DNA of 64,000 bases from Camelus dromedarius. Its lineage: Eukaryota. The DNA lies in contig NC_087437.1 of assembly GCF_036321535.1 (NCBI RefSeq), forward strand, positions 61,878,001-61,942,000. The letters run 5' to 3'. The notes under the pieces were generated by a model. That model saw only the letters and a list, made by a program, of their open reading frames with translations, had not been told where the DNA came from and made no database searches. Position numbers and translations under genes: made by a program. Positions within the stretch are counted from its first letter, which is position 1. The number at the start of each line of letters is the position of its first letter. Positions 51,373 through 64,000 of the stretch are shown here, in pieces.

Positions 51373-54300
51373 CTTAAAGTGTGGTCATTTGACTTCGTGC
51401 TTTTCAATTTGTTAGGACTGTTTGTTCAAGACACTGAATCCTAGAGCTCATTCCAGACATGCTGATTCCCACTAGCCTATAACTTGACGACTATTGCTGT
51501 GATATTGCAGATAAGAATATTTTTAGGAAGATAATTTTAGAAAGATTATCAAAAATGGTTTAAAAGGAGAAAAAACATTTTTTTTTTAAATCCAAAGCAG
51601 TATCTTATCTGAATATCATTAACATTATGTGTTTACTATGTATTTAAGCACTGTACTATAATATATTCGGGGTTTTTTCCCGACAGTTGCCTCAGTACCT
51701 TTGAGGTTCAGTATTACTTACATTTTTTAGGTAAGAAACTCTAGAAAGTGGCTTACCCAAGGTCTCATAGTTACAAGTGATAGAGGCTGAATCCAAGTCT
51801 AGGCCTAACTAAAGCCCTTCTTAATTACCATCCCATACTTACTGCTCTTTTCACTTATTAATTATGTAATTAATGTATATAAAGATGTTTGGTAAAGGAA
51901 TGTTGGAAACTATTTCAGTGGAAATGAGATTATTCTAAATCAGACCAACTGTTAATGTTTTATAAGAATATTTGGTGATGATCAGTTTATAATGTAGAGA
52001 AGTATCAAATCATTATGTTGTATGCCTAGAATTTATAGTATTATAGGTCAATTGTATTTAACTTAAGAAAAAGAATATTTGAATTAGGCTGTTAGAGTGT
52101 CATCCTTGAAATATCAGCATTAATTTTCCTTTTTTTTCAGATGTATTTAACTTAATCTATAGTTTGGGCCTACTAGATTAATGTTTTCTTAAGTCTTTTT
52201 AGAGTAATTATTATACTCAGCAAGATAATCGTAAAAATTTTATTTTTTTTAAATCCATGCTCTGTTTAACAGATATGAGCAACAGACTTTTTCATTGCTG
52301 CTGTATATTGTCTTTCCTTCTTTTTTGCTGAGTATTTATAAAATATCCTATTAATTCAGTGAAGGGAGAGCAGAGTTTATTTCTAGAGTATGAACATATA
52401 AACTAGTTACTTTAGTTTAAAGTAATAACATTTTGACTTAGTTGACTCAGTAGGTTACTTACATGAAAGTGTCATCCATATGCCCAAACCTTAAATGAGT
52501 TTAGGCTGACACAGAAGGATCTAGAACCCTGTCTGTTGCTTGAAGCAGGGACTGCCAGAGACAGGATCTGGGCCTTTAGGATCTCTGCTAATCTGGGGAT
52601 TCCAAATGCTGAGTGCCTACAGACCAGCAGGTACTCTTCTAGGTGCTGTGGATACAGCAGTGAATGAGCTGGAAACAGTCATAAGCTCCATGTTCTTATT
52701 TTAGTAGTTGGAGACGTTAAGTTAACATTTAAATAAGGTTCCTTAAAATAGTTATAGGTGATATAAATGGGAAAAGTCATCATTGTGAAAGAGTATGACA
52801 GCAGGGATTTTTTTCCAGGGGTTATTTTGAGAAAGGTGACCATAAAATGTATTCTCTAAATGGGGGCGCTTGTGAGACTAAAAAGAGGCTCTGCAAATAA
52901 TTAGATTAGGACAAACAGGTGTAAAAGTAAACCAAGACTATCTTGGGAAAATGGGGTCACATTGTTGAAGAGAGAACATTTGAGCTGAGACCTGAATAAT
53001 GAGAAACCTGCAGTGGAGTCAACCTAGGGGTCAAGGAATAGGAATGTTAGAGGTCAAGTTGGTGATGGTTTACTAGGCAAGGTTTGGGGGAAGATAAGAA
53101 AGACAAGGTCTAGGACAAGGAAAGTAAAGTATGTAATAGGAGTTAGAAAGGGAAGGGGAGGTGGAGATTAAAGGAGAACATGGGAAAGGTAGAAAGTCCA
53201 GGCAGACTCCAGGTTAGAACAGTCAGGGTTATTTTTTGAAATGTAACCAATACTTACTGTATGTCTTTTTGTGCCAGGCATTGGGAGATACTAGGGATTC
53301 AGCAATGAACAAAGCAGATTAAAGTATTGCCATGGCAGCCATTGTCTAAGTCTAGGGGGCCCCCTTTACCTTGTGCTTTTCTCATGGCTCTCATACTCTG
53401 GTGGACAGGTAAGAAACACGCAAACAACTCAGGGTTTCAGATAGTACTGTATTAAAGGAAATAAAGTAGGTGGTATGAAACAGTGATGTAACGGCTTCTT
53501 TACATATTTAGTGGGGACTTTGATAAGATGGATGATAACCTTTCAGATTTGGAACAGTCTGGGTAGGTTTTTAGAAATCTAGCTTTGGGGAGAAGTTTCT
53601 GGTTTGTTGATATTTTAGGCAATTTCTCTTTTTATGGCATGTTGTGAAATGATGAACAGATGGTGTGGAGTGTTGTGATGGACTGACCTGACAGAACGTT
53701 TGGTAGGCAAAGATTAGGATGGTGATGGTTTACATTTTATATGCCTTCGAAAGTGGTAAATTGGTGATACTAAAAGTAAAAAATATATTGGTGTTATTAA
53801 GAAAAGATATAAATGAAAATTTTCTTTTTTACTGATGGCTTTTATGTAATTTCATTCTTACTGAAACAATCTCATTTGCATGTGACTATAAAGTCGTTAG
53901 TGATTATAACTAACTTAAAAAAACATAAGGGAATATATATGCCTTAAATTCATAGGTGCTTTTATTTGTAAGGATTTTCACATACATTAGCTCCTTTGCC
54001 CTTGACTTGTAAGGTCAAGAATTGGTAAAATACAGATTTTTAGAAGTAAGAGAATCCCCTGAATTCGGTGACAAATTAAGCTTTAGATATTCTTGATAGC
54101 TCTTTGAATTTCTTTTGGTCTGAGGCTCTAGGAGGCTGAGCTTGTGGAGTGGCATATTTGTTGCATTTGTTTTTATTTTCTTAGCCAGATAATCTGGGAA
54201 GCCCTTGTAGTTTTGTTTAGTTTGTTTTCTATTATTTTGGGAATATTTCTAATTAGGGCTTGGAAGTTGGAATAATATAAGATGTCCAAGCTAACTGGAA

Positions 54301-55087
54301 TCTTCAGAACCAAACCACATTATGAAATTGACTCTTGATTGAGCTACCTTTATGAACCCTACAGTTTTTGTGTCTTGGTCAGAAAAATTATTTTTTTAAA
54401 AAATGAGATCATAGAATAAGAGGATAGGATTTGGACATATTAAGTATAAATTTATGCAATGAAGTTATTTAGTGTTGATCCCTCTGTCTCTCCCTTAAGA
54501 GCAGTTGTGTAGAAATAAGTAAAGGCAGTTAAAAAGTTGTGTTGTAGCATTTTATGCCAGCTAAGAAGGAATTAATTTGATGTCATCTAGCTTGTTTTAC
54601 TTTAGTACAGGCATTTCTATATTTCTTTCTTTTCTAAAATACTGATCATGAAAATGAGAAAAATCAATGTACACTTGGTTCAGATTTCACCTGAGAACAA
54701 CCCTCAGGGATGCACAGGCTTCAGAGAAGTAGTTTTATTTAGTTTATATATACAGACCATTGCTTTTCTTGATTTACAGAAAACTTTTCCACACAACCTA
54801 TTATGAATTATAATAATGCAGAGCTATATGCCTGTTAGCATGTTGGTGTTTACAGTTGTTTTACTTTGGTATCATTGAATGCTGTGTATTCAGATTATTT
54901 TATAACATTTTTGTAGTGTCTTAAAAAATAACTACTAAGCTGCTTTTTGGGGTATGTTTAGTGTGTTTGACATAAATGATATGAAGAAAACTGTGCTTGA
55001 GCATCTTAATTCTAAAGGGAAAATTAAACTGTTTGGATTTATACCCTGAAATGTAATTGTATTAAGTGAATAAATTATTTTTTCCAG

Positions 55088-55143
55088 GCAGACTCCAGGT
55101 TAAAAGCGCTTAATGCAACATTCAGAGTGAAAAACCCAGACAA
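55088..55143 (+). CDS. SNX4: SNX4 exon 6 (56 bp, phase 0 to 2)
   Basis: Acceptor ttccag|GCA and donor CAA|gtaagg. Translation ADSRLKALNATFRVKNPD(K). Confidence 0.96.
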
Positions 55144-56104
55144 GTAAGGTTTTGTTTTAATAACAGTTACAATGTTGTTTTGAATGGTGCCTATCAATCT
55201 ATTTAATTTTTCATTTCTGAATGTATGCACTTTATTTGCTAAATATTTTAAATAGTAATTCACATTTAGTGAAATCCTTTTACAGTCTAAAACTGGTTTT
55301 GAAATTTGGTAATTTAATTGGGATTAAGGTTGTAAGTAACTGAAGTTTTAGAAAATGGAACCACTGCTCTTTCTTAGAAGGATTTATTAAGTGTTGCAGG
55401 TATCAGAAAAATGAGAAAAGTAATTATAATTTCGTCTGAAATAGTTTTTCTTATATGACTTTGCTTGTCAGATATGTACAGAACTCAAGATAATATTATG
55501 TTATCTATTTAATAATAAACTATTTTGAATACCAAGAAAGCTTGATAGATAAATGCATACTAGTATATAATAATTTCATGGAGATGTATTTATACGACAA
55601 TTATTTGACTTCATTGATGTCAATTTGGTGTTTGTGAGAGCATTTCTATATTAAAGGAAGCCAGTGTATTCAGAAGTAACGTTCCTTGGGATGTGATCTA
55701 AGTATCTTTCAAGATTTGGTTTTGCTCATTCTCTGAATTTGGTGGATAATTCAGGCTCTTCATTATATGGACCTTTACCTGGTGGTTGGTTCAGCTATGT
55801 TTTCCAGTTAGAAATGTCCTTAGACAGATATGGCTTTCCCATTTTTGGGAACCAAGTTTATGAGTTCTGTTAGAATTTCTCTATTCAGGCTTTCAGCATT
55901 AATTTCTACATAGTGTAAATTCTTAGCAGACAAAGGCCACGTTTGCATAGTCTGATAGTCAAGTTTGCATGCCTGGCTTTATAAACCATAACTGTTAACA
56001 TAATGCCTCTGGTTTTCAATATAAATTTTGAATATAAAATATAAATAAATACTTTGAAGTTTTGGTAATTAGGAATTGTGATGGTAACCATTGAGGTTTT
56101 TAAT

Positions 56105-56580
56105 TTTACTTTTTCTTAAACTTTATTTCTTAGAGTAGTTTTAGATTCACAGCAAAACTGAGTGTAAAGTGCAGAGCTCCCATGTACCTCTGCCCCTCCC
56201 CTTGCACAGCTGCCTCTAGACACTCATAGCCGCCCCAGTAACCCTCACCACGGTGGTGCATTTGTTATGATAGAGGAGCCTGCACTGACTCATCATTATC
56301 ACCGAAGTCCATAGTTACATGAGGGGCAGAGGTATATGGGAGTTGTGTAGTATATGGGTTTTGACAAATGTGTGCACCATTATGGTACTGTACGAAGTAT
56401 TTTCATTGCCCTAAAAGTCCTCTTTGCTCTGCCATATTTATCCCTCCCTCCCTACAGCCCTGGCAGCCACTGATCTTTTTACTGTCTCCATAATTTTGCC
56501 TTCTCCAGATTGTTGTGTCATATAATACGCAGCCTTTTCAGAAAGGCTTTCACTTTGTAATACGCATTTAAGTTTCCACT
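56105..56580 (-). mobile_element. L1 3'-UTR relic
   Basis: TAGTTTTAGATTCACAGCAAAACTGAG...GGTGCATTTGTTA...CATCATTATCACCGAAGTCCATAGTTACAT. Confidence 0.75.
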
Positions 56581-58447
56581 GAAAAAAAGTTTCCTTTTTA
56601 TAAAGGTTATAATGACGTCCGTGGTGTATAAAGAGATATTCTCTAGATTAAGAACTAAAATTAAGTCACCCTCCAAAAAAAGCTATGGAAAACCTAAGCA
56701 GCAAAGTTTATGAAATTCATAAATGTACATTCATTAGAGGAGCATGTAGATGAGACAATTTTTTAATTAATATTTTAATATTAGTATTTTGTCAATTGAA
56801 TGTTTTTCAATTTAATGAAAAGTATTTTGTCAATTGAATGTCTTCCCTTTTCTGACCTTCCTGTCGCTTTTCTAGATTGCTAAGTTTTTTTTAATACCCA
56901 TATTTTATAGAGAATTTTGAATGTGATATGACGAATAACATAACCAAGGCAGGTTCTTGCTCCTAAGTTCCTGTTAAAGTATATAATTAGTGTATAATTA
57001 GTAATAGCATTTGGTTGCCTTAAGTTCTAGATAAGAGAGTTAGGTCCACATCAGCCATTGTTATAGCAGATTCTTAATGTACAGAATCTCTGTTCTAGGT
57101 CTAGCTGGAATAGGTTAATTATTATTCATATCATTATTGAAATAGTTTATATCATTAAAATACTTTCATTCTGTCCTTTCTTAAAATCTAGAAAACCAGA
57201 AGGATTGTTTCAGAGGGATACCAAAATGATACCTCTTTCCTACATGTTTATCTTTCTTCAAACTAGACTATTAAAAGCAGTGAGGAGGAGAGCTTTGAGT
57301 CTTCCACTTTTATGTGGCAATTTTTGGCTCATACTTAGGAAGTATACTGAGTGATGAGTAGAATGTATGGATTGAAAGAGGGGAAGGAAATACAGATGGC
57401 ACCCAGGTTTTATTCTTTAAAATCCTGGAGAATACAGAGGAGAGGGGCTTGAAAGGGTAGGGAAGATAAGTGGAGCTTTGGATATGTAAGCAAGTACAAA
57501 TGTCTGCGTATCAGCCGGCTTACTAGATCAGGTGTTTAGAAGAGAGATTTGGGCTGGAGATAGATATTTGGAATTCAGCAGCATGTAGATCATAATTGTG
57601 AAGCTTTGTGAATGACAAGTCACACAGTGTGTGTAGTTTGAAAGATTGATTGTAAGATGGGTGTGAGGACCTAGGACTGAACCCTAAAGGAGCCAACACT
57701 TTAAGGGTGTTTTCCAAAATGTAATCTGATTACCAACATCTAAATCCTGTGGGCAAGTTTGTTAGAAATTCAGATTTCCTGAGTCCCATAGGGCCTCTGC
57801 ATACCGTTGTGGTTCCTCACACCTCTCTTTTACTGAGAGGCCCTCAGAAGTGTTTTCAGCAAACACTTCAGGAGTTCTTTGCACACTAAAGTTGATGGTA
57901 TAAGAGATGGGTGAAGGAAGTGAATCCTGGAAAGGAGGCTTTAGGTATGACCCGAGAGTAAAAGGAAAATCATGAGAAAATAAACCTACTGTCAAGGGAA
58001 CAAATTTTGAGGCAGGTGAGGTCAGCTTCCATTGCTGGAAGAGTGGTGGTATCAGAAGTTTTAGTCTTTAAGGAGAATGGCAGTTACTAGGTGAAGAAAC
58101 AAAGATTACTGAACAGCATGAAGATTGAGGTTAAAGACCATGAGTTGATGGTTACACTATACATTTTTTGTTTATTGTTTTTGAGTAATTTTTCATACCA
58201 ACGAATTTTATCTCTATCTCAGTTTCATGATGTAAATTATGAAGTATGACATCTTGGCTTTATAAATACCTAAAGAAAGTATGCTGCTTTTACTTTAGAA
58301 TTTTTTTGAATTTGTATTTGTTATAAATGTTCAAGGCCAGCATATACTCAAGCAGAATTAGTTTCATTATTCTCATAAAATGCTGCTTTGTCTTTCAGCT
58401 TTTAGCTTGTCTTCATGAGAAAAATGATGCTTTGTTTCCTGTTTCAG

Positions 58448-58520
58448 GAGATTTACTGAACTAAAACACTACAGTGATGAGCTGCAGTCTGTCATCTCAC
58501 ATCTTCTCCGAGTCAGAGCT
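58448..58520 (+). CDS. SNX4: SNX4 exon 7 (73 bp, phase 2 to 0), start of the BAR domain; the gene continues beyond the window
   Basis: Acceptor tttcag|G and donor GCT|gtaagt. Translation RFTELKHYSDELQSVISHLLRVRA. Confidence 0.96.
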
Positions 58521-61439
58521 GTAAGTGGTCCCCAAGAGCTTCTTGACAAATGTTTACAAGGAAGTGCTTCTTATTTAATTATGTTTTTAAGTAATGGAAG
58601 GTAGTCATGATAAATAACTGATTTTTATACTCAAATTTGGTGTGCTTGTCATCTAAATTGCATTTTTTTTAATGTGAAATGTTTCCTGGCATAAATAACT
58701 TGAAGAATTTTAGCCTGTTGTTTTCTCTGTATATGGCTATTTTGACATCAAAGGGCCTACCACTTCGGTGTTGGAGTATGATTAACTAAGTGTGAGATTT
58801 TAGATCTATGTATAGCAATATCCCGTTCTTTCAAGATTTCTTTTTAAAAGGTCAGTGAGTAGCTTATGTTATGTTAGGCCATTCTGTGTCTGTGCTCCTA
58901 AATTATACTAAGTAAACTTATTTAGGGTAATGGTCTGCCATGACAAAAGGAACTAGAAATCTAGGAATAATGATTGTACTTAGCCATACAGTTTGGCTGT
59001 AACAGACATGGAGAAAAATATTTTGGGTAAATTAATGTACCTGAGAAATGTTGTGTCATCCACTCTGGTCCTTTGGGATAACCTAGAAGAAACCTTAGGA
59101 CTTGCCTTAAAAGGCTTTGAGAAATGGTGGGTTACCAGGTCTAGGATCATGTCTTACACTGACTGGAATCATCTTGAAATGAAATATATTATTTGGAATT
59201 TGTTTTAATGAAAGGGGTGGAGAGTGAGGGCAGTTTTAGATGAAACTAGATTAGCCATATAATAATTGTTGAAGGTAAGTACTGGGAAATGGGAGTATAT
59301 TCTACTATTCTCTAGTTTTTGTATGTTTGAAGAGTTTCATTATAATTATTAAAAAAAATACGATAAGGAAAATAAATCCCTCCAAATAGCTGCATACTGG
59401 CCCAATCTCCTATGTAACCATTCAGAGTACTATTGGACTCCTTAAATAAGTTGTAGGATACTTCTAGGAAAAGAAAAGGTACCGGTGCAAATTACTAGGC
59501 TGGAATCAAGAACTGGGTTTTAAAAAGGACTGTGGATTGATGAGATAAAACTTCTAGGCCTTTAGTTACTTTGAAATTACTCAAACAGATTAGGCAACAG
59601 TTCTTGTGGTAAGTGGAAGTAGAGGCAGAGACACCCCAGAAGACTGGAAGAACACTTCATACTGCTTTGTCTTCTGTGCCAGAAAACTTGGAGAATCTAC
59701 TTAATTAGATGTGTGGCTGATTATGAAAGCTGTGTCCTCCTTAAAGGCCTTCAACCAGGGGAAAGGGGCATACTGTGGAAAGTGTCATTTAGCAGGAAGC
59801 TTAACCATTCTCCAGTCTCAGGTAGGCAGAGGTGTACTACGAAGCAGTCACATGACTAACCCCAGATATTGAGGGGTTCTCAGTTTTTCACACCCAGAAG
59901 AAACTAAGGGACAAAGCAGAAAAATCAGCCAGAATTAGATTTATTAGAAATATCAGAGATGGGTGATGAAGAAAGTATAACAGTTAAATACTCAGAAGAT
60001 CCATGAAGCATAGGGAATAAATTTAAGTGAAATCTAAAGGAGGGGGGAAATGATTGTCATTATTGTGAAGCTGTGCTGCAGATAATTTAGCCTGCAAGAA
60101 GGTATGGGTGATTGCTTTCATAAAGCAAGAAAAAAAAAGTATCACAAGTCAAGACAGGATAGTGATTACATCTAGTTTTCTGCTGAAAGTATATTTTTGA
60201 ATGTGATTAATATTTAGTAATGTTTGAAGATTACTACAGAATTTAACCATGAGGTTAAAGAAAATTTTTAAGACTCTCCCACATAACTGCTTTTCTGTTC
60301 CTTTTTATTCTTTGTACACTCCACTTTAGCCCTTTTGTTACTCTGACTATTCTCAACCATGCCACACTTGTTTCTGCCCGAGGACTTTTTATTTGCTCTT
60401 TCCCGTGCCTGTACCATTCTTCCTCCATACCCTACCCTCAAGATCCTCTCTTGGCCTATTCTCTTTTTGTCTTTTAGTTATTGACTCAGATGCCTCCTGA
60501 GAGAAATCTTTCCTGAGCATCTCCTATAAAATAAGATGTAGTTTTCTATGATTTCCTGTCATTTCCCTGTCATTGTCTGTCATTGCTGTTGTCTTTATAA
60601 TAACTCTGACATCGTATTCTCTTCTCATTTGTTAATTATCTCCTCTCCTAGTATATGTGGGCTCCTAAGAGCAAGAGCTTTGTTTTCTGACTGCTGAATC
60701 CCTATAGTAATGCCTGACTCAGACTAGGCACCGCTATATATTCATTAAATGGTTGAATAAATGAATGTATATGCTGACAGTTTAAAAAGATCTAAAAAAG
60801 CAATAAAATAAATTACTTCTTGAATTCAATTATAACCAATCAGGGAGAATTGGTTAGTAATGTATATATGACAAGAATCTTTAAAGAAAATGACCTTGTC
60901 ATCGAAGAACCTGTGATAGACAAGTAAGAGAATTCTAGGTATGGATATTTTTCCTAAACTTTATGAAAACAGGCTTCAGAAGCTTAATTGACATGAATGA
61001 GAGCTTGAGCTCTTCAAAGGGAAAGGCAGCACTTGATCTGTGAGTCAGAATTGAAATTCTGACTGTATAAAGGAGATAAATGCCAACGGAAAATATGATG
61101 AATATCTAACATCTTGATAGTTCTGAAATTGGGAGAAAGGCTGTTTATCACGGACAGTAACAGAAAAGTGAAAATGGAAGGTTAGAGCCTGACACTGACA
61201 GAAGCCTGCAAACAAGGCAGAAAGCGCCGCTGGGAGGACCTGTTTGTAACATTCGAGTGTCGAGAGAAGAAGGCTTAGTCAGTGTTTCAGACGGATGATG
61301 AATTGTTAGCAGACAAAGAGAAAATAGAATTATTTGGCTGTCTTTCCTGTCAAGGAGAATTCTTTTAAAAGTAGAAAAGGCAAAAAATACATTACTAACA
61401 GGTTAAGAGTTAAATATTTAAGACATCATAACTGAACAG

Positions 61440-62200
61440 CCATAGTGGGCAGGTGGCCTTAGACTTAGAGGAGCTGGGTTTTTAGAACTTATCTCTGCCA
61501 TTTACTAGGTCCTTCAGGTAACCTTTCAGAGTTTGCTTTCTTTGCTGGAAAATGGGATTATCTGTCTGACACATATTAGGTACTGCATAAATGTAAATGA
61601 GTGCATTATTTGTGGAGTTAAAAGACTCAGATGAGATAATTTGTGTTTTGTAAACTAAAAAGGAAAATAATACTAATATCTAATACTTATCTACCATTGT
61701 ATATCAGCCAAGCAAATTGTATTGTTCTTACCTAATTCCCACAGTAGCCCTTTGAAGGTAAGTACTGCTACTGTCCCCATTTTATAGATTAGGAAGCAAA
61801 GGCAATGAAGTTAAGTAACTTGCCTAATATCACATTATAAATAGATATGTAGAGTCAGAATTTAAACCTTTGTCTGACTCCAGAACCCATGCTCTTAACC
61901 ACCCACAAATGATATATTGACAAAAGACATGAATTCAAGTAGGCTGAAGGAGAAGAGAACTGATTTTCATTGAGCCACCTTGTTGATTGCCAGGAACCTT
62001 TCAAGTGTCATCTTGTTTAATCCTCACAGAGTCATATGATGAGGATCATTTCTACATTTCCAAGAGGAAGATCTAAGACTAAGAGTAGTTTAATGAATTT
62101 TCTGAAGTCAAACCCTAAAGTAAGAAGGAGCTGGAATTAGAATTCACGTTTGTCTGATGTTAGATTCCTTATTTCCTACAACCATATTTGCTGCTCTCTA
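61440..62200. mobile_element. Cluster of MIR SINE relics (others at ~25500, 35630, 37500, 47410 and 51650)
   Basis: MIR core motifs such as CCCCATTTTATAGATTAGGAAGC and GTTAAGTAACTTGCC. The copy at 37576 reads CCCCATTTTACAGATGAGGAAACTGAGGCAGAGAGGTTAAGTAATTTGCCC. Confidence 0.75.
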
Positions 62201-63504
62201 GGGGAAATCACATTTAAAAGGGAAGGAGGAATGTTTAACTTTACTAACACTCTAAAAATGTAAGTTATAATTATTGAGATACTATTTAACATTTAATTTG
62301 TAACCATTTATAAAGATGGTAATATCTAGTGTTTGTGAAATAGTTGGTGGTGGTGGCAGTGTAAAGTATTACCTACAGCTCCTTTGGGAAAGATTTTGGC
62401 AGTACTATCAAGGGTCTTAAGTCTCATGTAATCATTGCCGTGTTGAAAGGTAATTGAAAAGAGAAGCTATGTGTCTAGATTTTCAAAATAAGATCATCTA
62501 ATAGAATGTCATAAAACTTTCTGTCCTTTTTAACTTTAATCCCATACTACTTTAGTGAGGTTAGAGAAGGCATTCTTACCAGATGATTCAGAGCTGGGGA
62601 GGATGATGGGGTAAGTCTGTCCAATTTCTTCTGTTGTCATTGCGTTTTCTAGGTGTTGGTCCTCCCCTGTCGATTGTCATGTGATCAGTTTTCAAAAAGG
62701 AAGGCTTGTCAACAGAAGTGAAATTGAGTAGCAATCTAGACTAAATCATTGGGTGCAGCCCCTTTTCCCTGGTACCACGATTCTGATTACCAACAACCAT
62801 TGAGTTAATCTGGTTTCAGGTTTTAATAATCTCATGTTTCATTTCTCTGCCATTTTTGTCTTTTCCCTAGAAATGGTAATTGTTGGTCTATAGTTTATAG
62901 TTTTTCTTTGCTTTATCTTTTTTTCATTTTCTGATGACCTAGATACCAGTCATCTTACATTTTGGTTGGCTAGAACGATTTGTTTCCAAGCGTAGTTGAT
63001 ACCAGAAGCATTGCTGGTCCAGTAACAACTGCTGCCTGTCTCTTGGTCACCTCATTAACCATAAAGTAGTTCCATGTGTGGTTGCTCACCTTTGTGGAGT
63101 ATGAAAACTCTTGCCTCTTTATGTCATGCTCTATGGACCAAAATCTTTTCCAGAGCTCTAATTATTATGGTAGAAGCTCCTTTTGTATCAGCTTCCAGAA
63201 GTGATACACTTTAAAGAAAAAAAAAACAACTTCTAAATACCTGGTATTCAAAAACTTTTTCTTTGAATTTTGGATATGCATTTTCTTTGAGATTTTGGAT
63301 ATGCATTTTATACCTAAGGTGCTTCAACTTACTTGACAGTGGAACCACTTTAAATAACCAAACAACCTTTGGCACTTTATAGGATTCTCAAAAAATAATT
63401 GGGAAATAACATCCTAGAGAAATTAGCTTAGAGGTCTGGGGACAACCCTGGAAAGTTTCAAGCATAAAAAGATGATGAACTTTGTCCTGAAAGTGGAGTC
63501 TGGT

Positions 63505-63690
63505 ACAGGGGTTGACAAACTTTTTTTGAAGGCCATATAGTAAATATTTTCAGCTTTTTAGCCTATATGGTCCCTGTTGGATCTATTCAGCTCAGCTATG
63601 AAAGCAGCCACAGACAGCACTAACATAACTGTGTCCAGTAAGACTTTCCAGAAATAAGCTGCAGACCTGTATGTAGTGTGCTGCCTCCTA
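63505..63690 (+). mobile_element. MER58-like hAT element
   Basis: CAGGGGTTGACAAACTTT...AAGGCCATATAGTAAATATTTTCAGCTT, homologous to the element starting at 334. Confidence 0.7.
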
Positions 63691-64000
63691 GTCTACCAGG
63701 TATATGTTCCTCATAGCATGTCAGGGGAAGATGGAGAACATTTTATGAGCCTCTTACACCTGCTCTGAGTTTTTGCAATGTGGTTTGCTCAGTTTAAGCT
63801 GAAGTATTGAAAGAATTAAGATTTATTGTATGGTTAATGTTTAATTCCTCAAATTACTTATGTTGGAGTAAGAAATTAGAGGGTAGTTTATCTTCAGGGT
63901 TTACATTTAGAAATTGTATACTAGGTTTTTTGGGATTTTTTTTTTCCCAGAGTTTTATGTGGGATTGGCTTTTGGTCTTCCAGTTCATGTCCATAACACT

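Noticed and set aside
58445..58450. NAGNAG tandem acceptor (CAGGAG) at SNX4 exon 7, and TACAG|GT 8 nt inside the OSBPL11 exon at 20268
   Set aside because: GAG is a very weak distal acceptor and the second case would shift the frame. Nothing in the sequence suggests either is used.
60780..61430. Purine-rich, coding-looking stretch in SNX4 intron 7
   Set aside because: It has no sustained ORF and does not encode the expected next SNX4 residues. It resembles a decayed CR1/L3 LINE, but I cannot assign it confidently.

Overview
This is mammalian genomic DNA, probably from a camelid; that is an inference from four copies of a short tRNA-derived SINE and cetartiodactyl-type L1 3' ends. Two spliced genes lie in tandem on the + strand. 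The first is the 3' part of OSBPL11 (ORP11): its last five coding exons (6559-27062) and its 3' UTR (to about 28710). About 4.2 kb downstream is the CpG-island promoter and coding exons 1-7 of SNX4 (32922-58520, 242 codons; the gene runs past the window). All exons have GT-AG boundaries and consistent phases. The introns are dense with L1/HAL1, MIR/L2/CR1, LTR and DNA-transposon relics. The most notable structure not explained by the two genes is: (1) an antisense, intronless KRAB-zinc-finger retrocopy in an OSBPL11 intron; (2) a near-perfect 36-bp-stem, pre-miRNA-sized hairpin at an L1 deletion junction; (3) a three-piece mixed-orientation templated duplication just upstream of an OSBPL11 exon; (4) two headless poly(A) insertions with target-site duplications; (5) a 20-nt exact decoy copy of the SNX4 exon 6 acceptor; and (6) phase compatibility for an in-frame OSBPL11-SNX4 read-through fusion. 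Repeat family names come from recalled consensus motifs, not from a database search. No new biological system is demonstrated; the findings are candidates to test.
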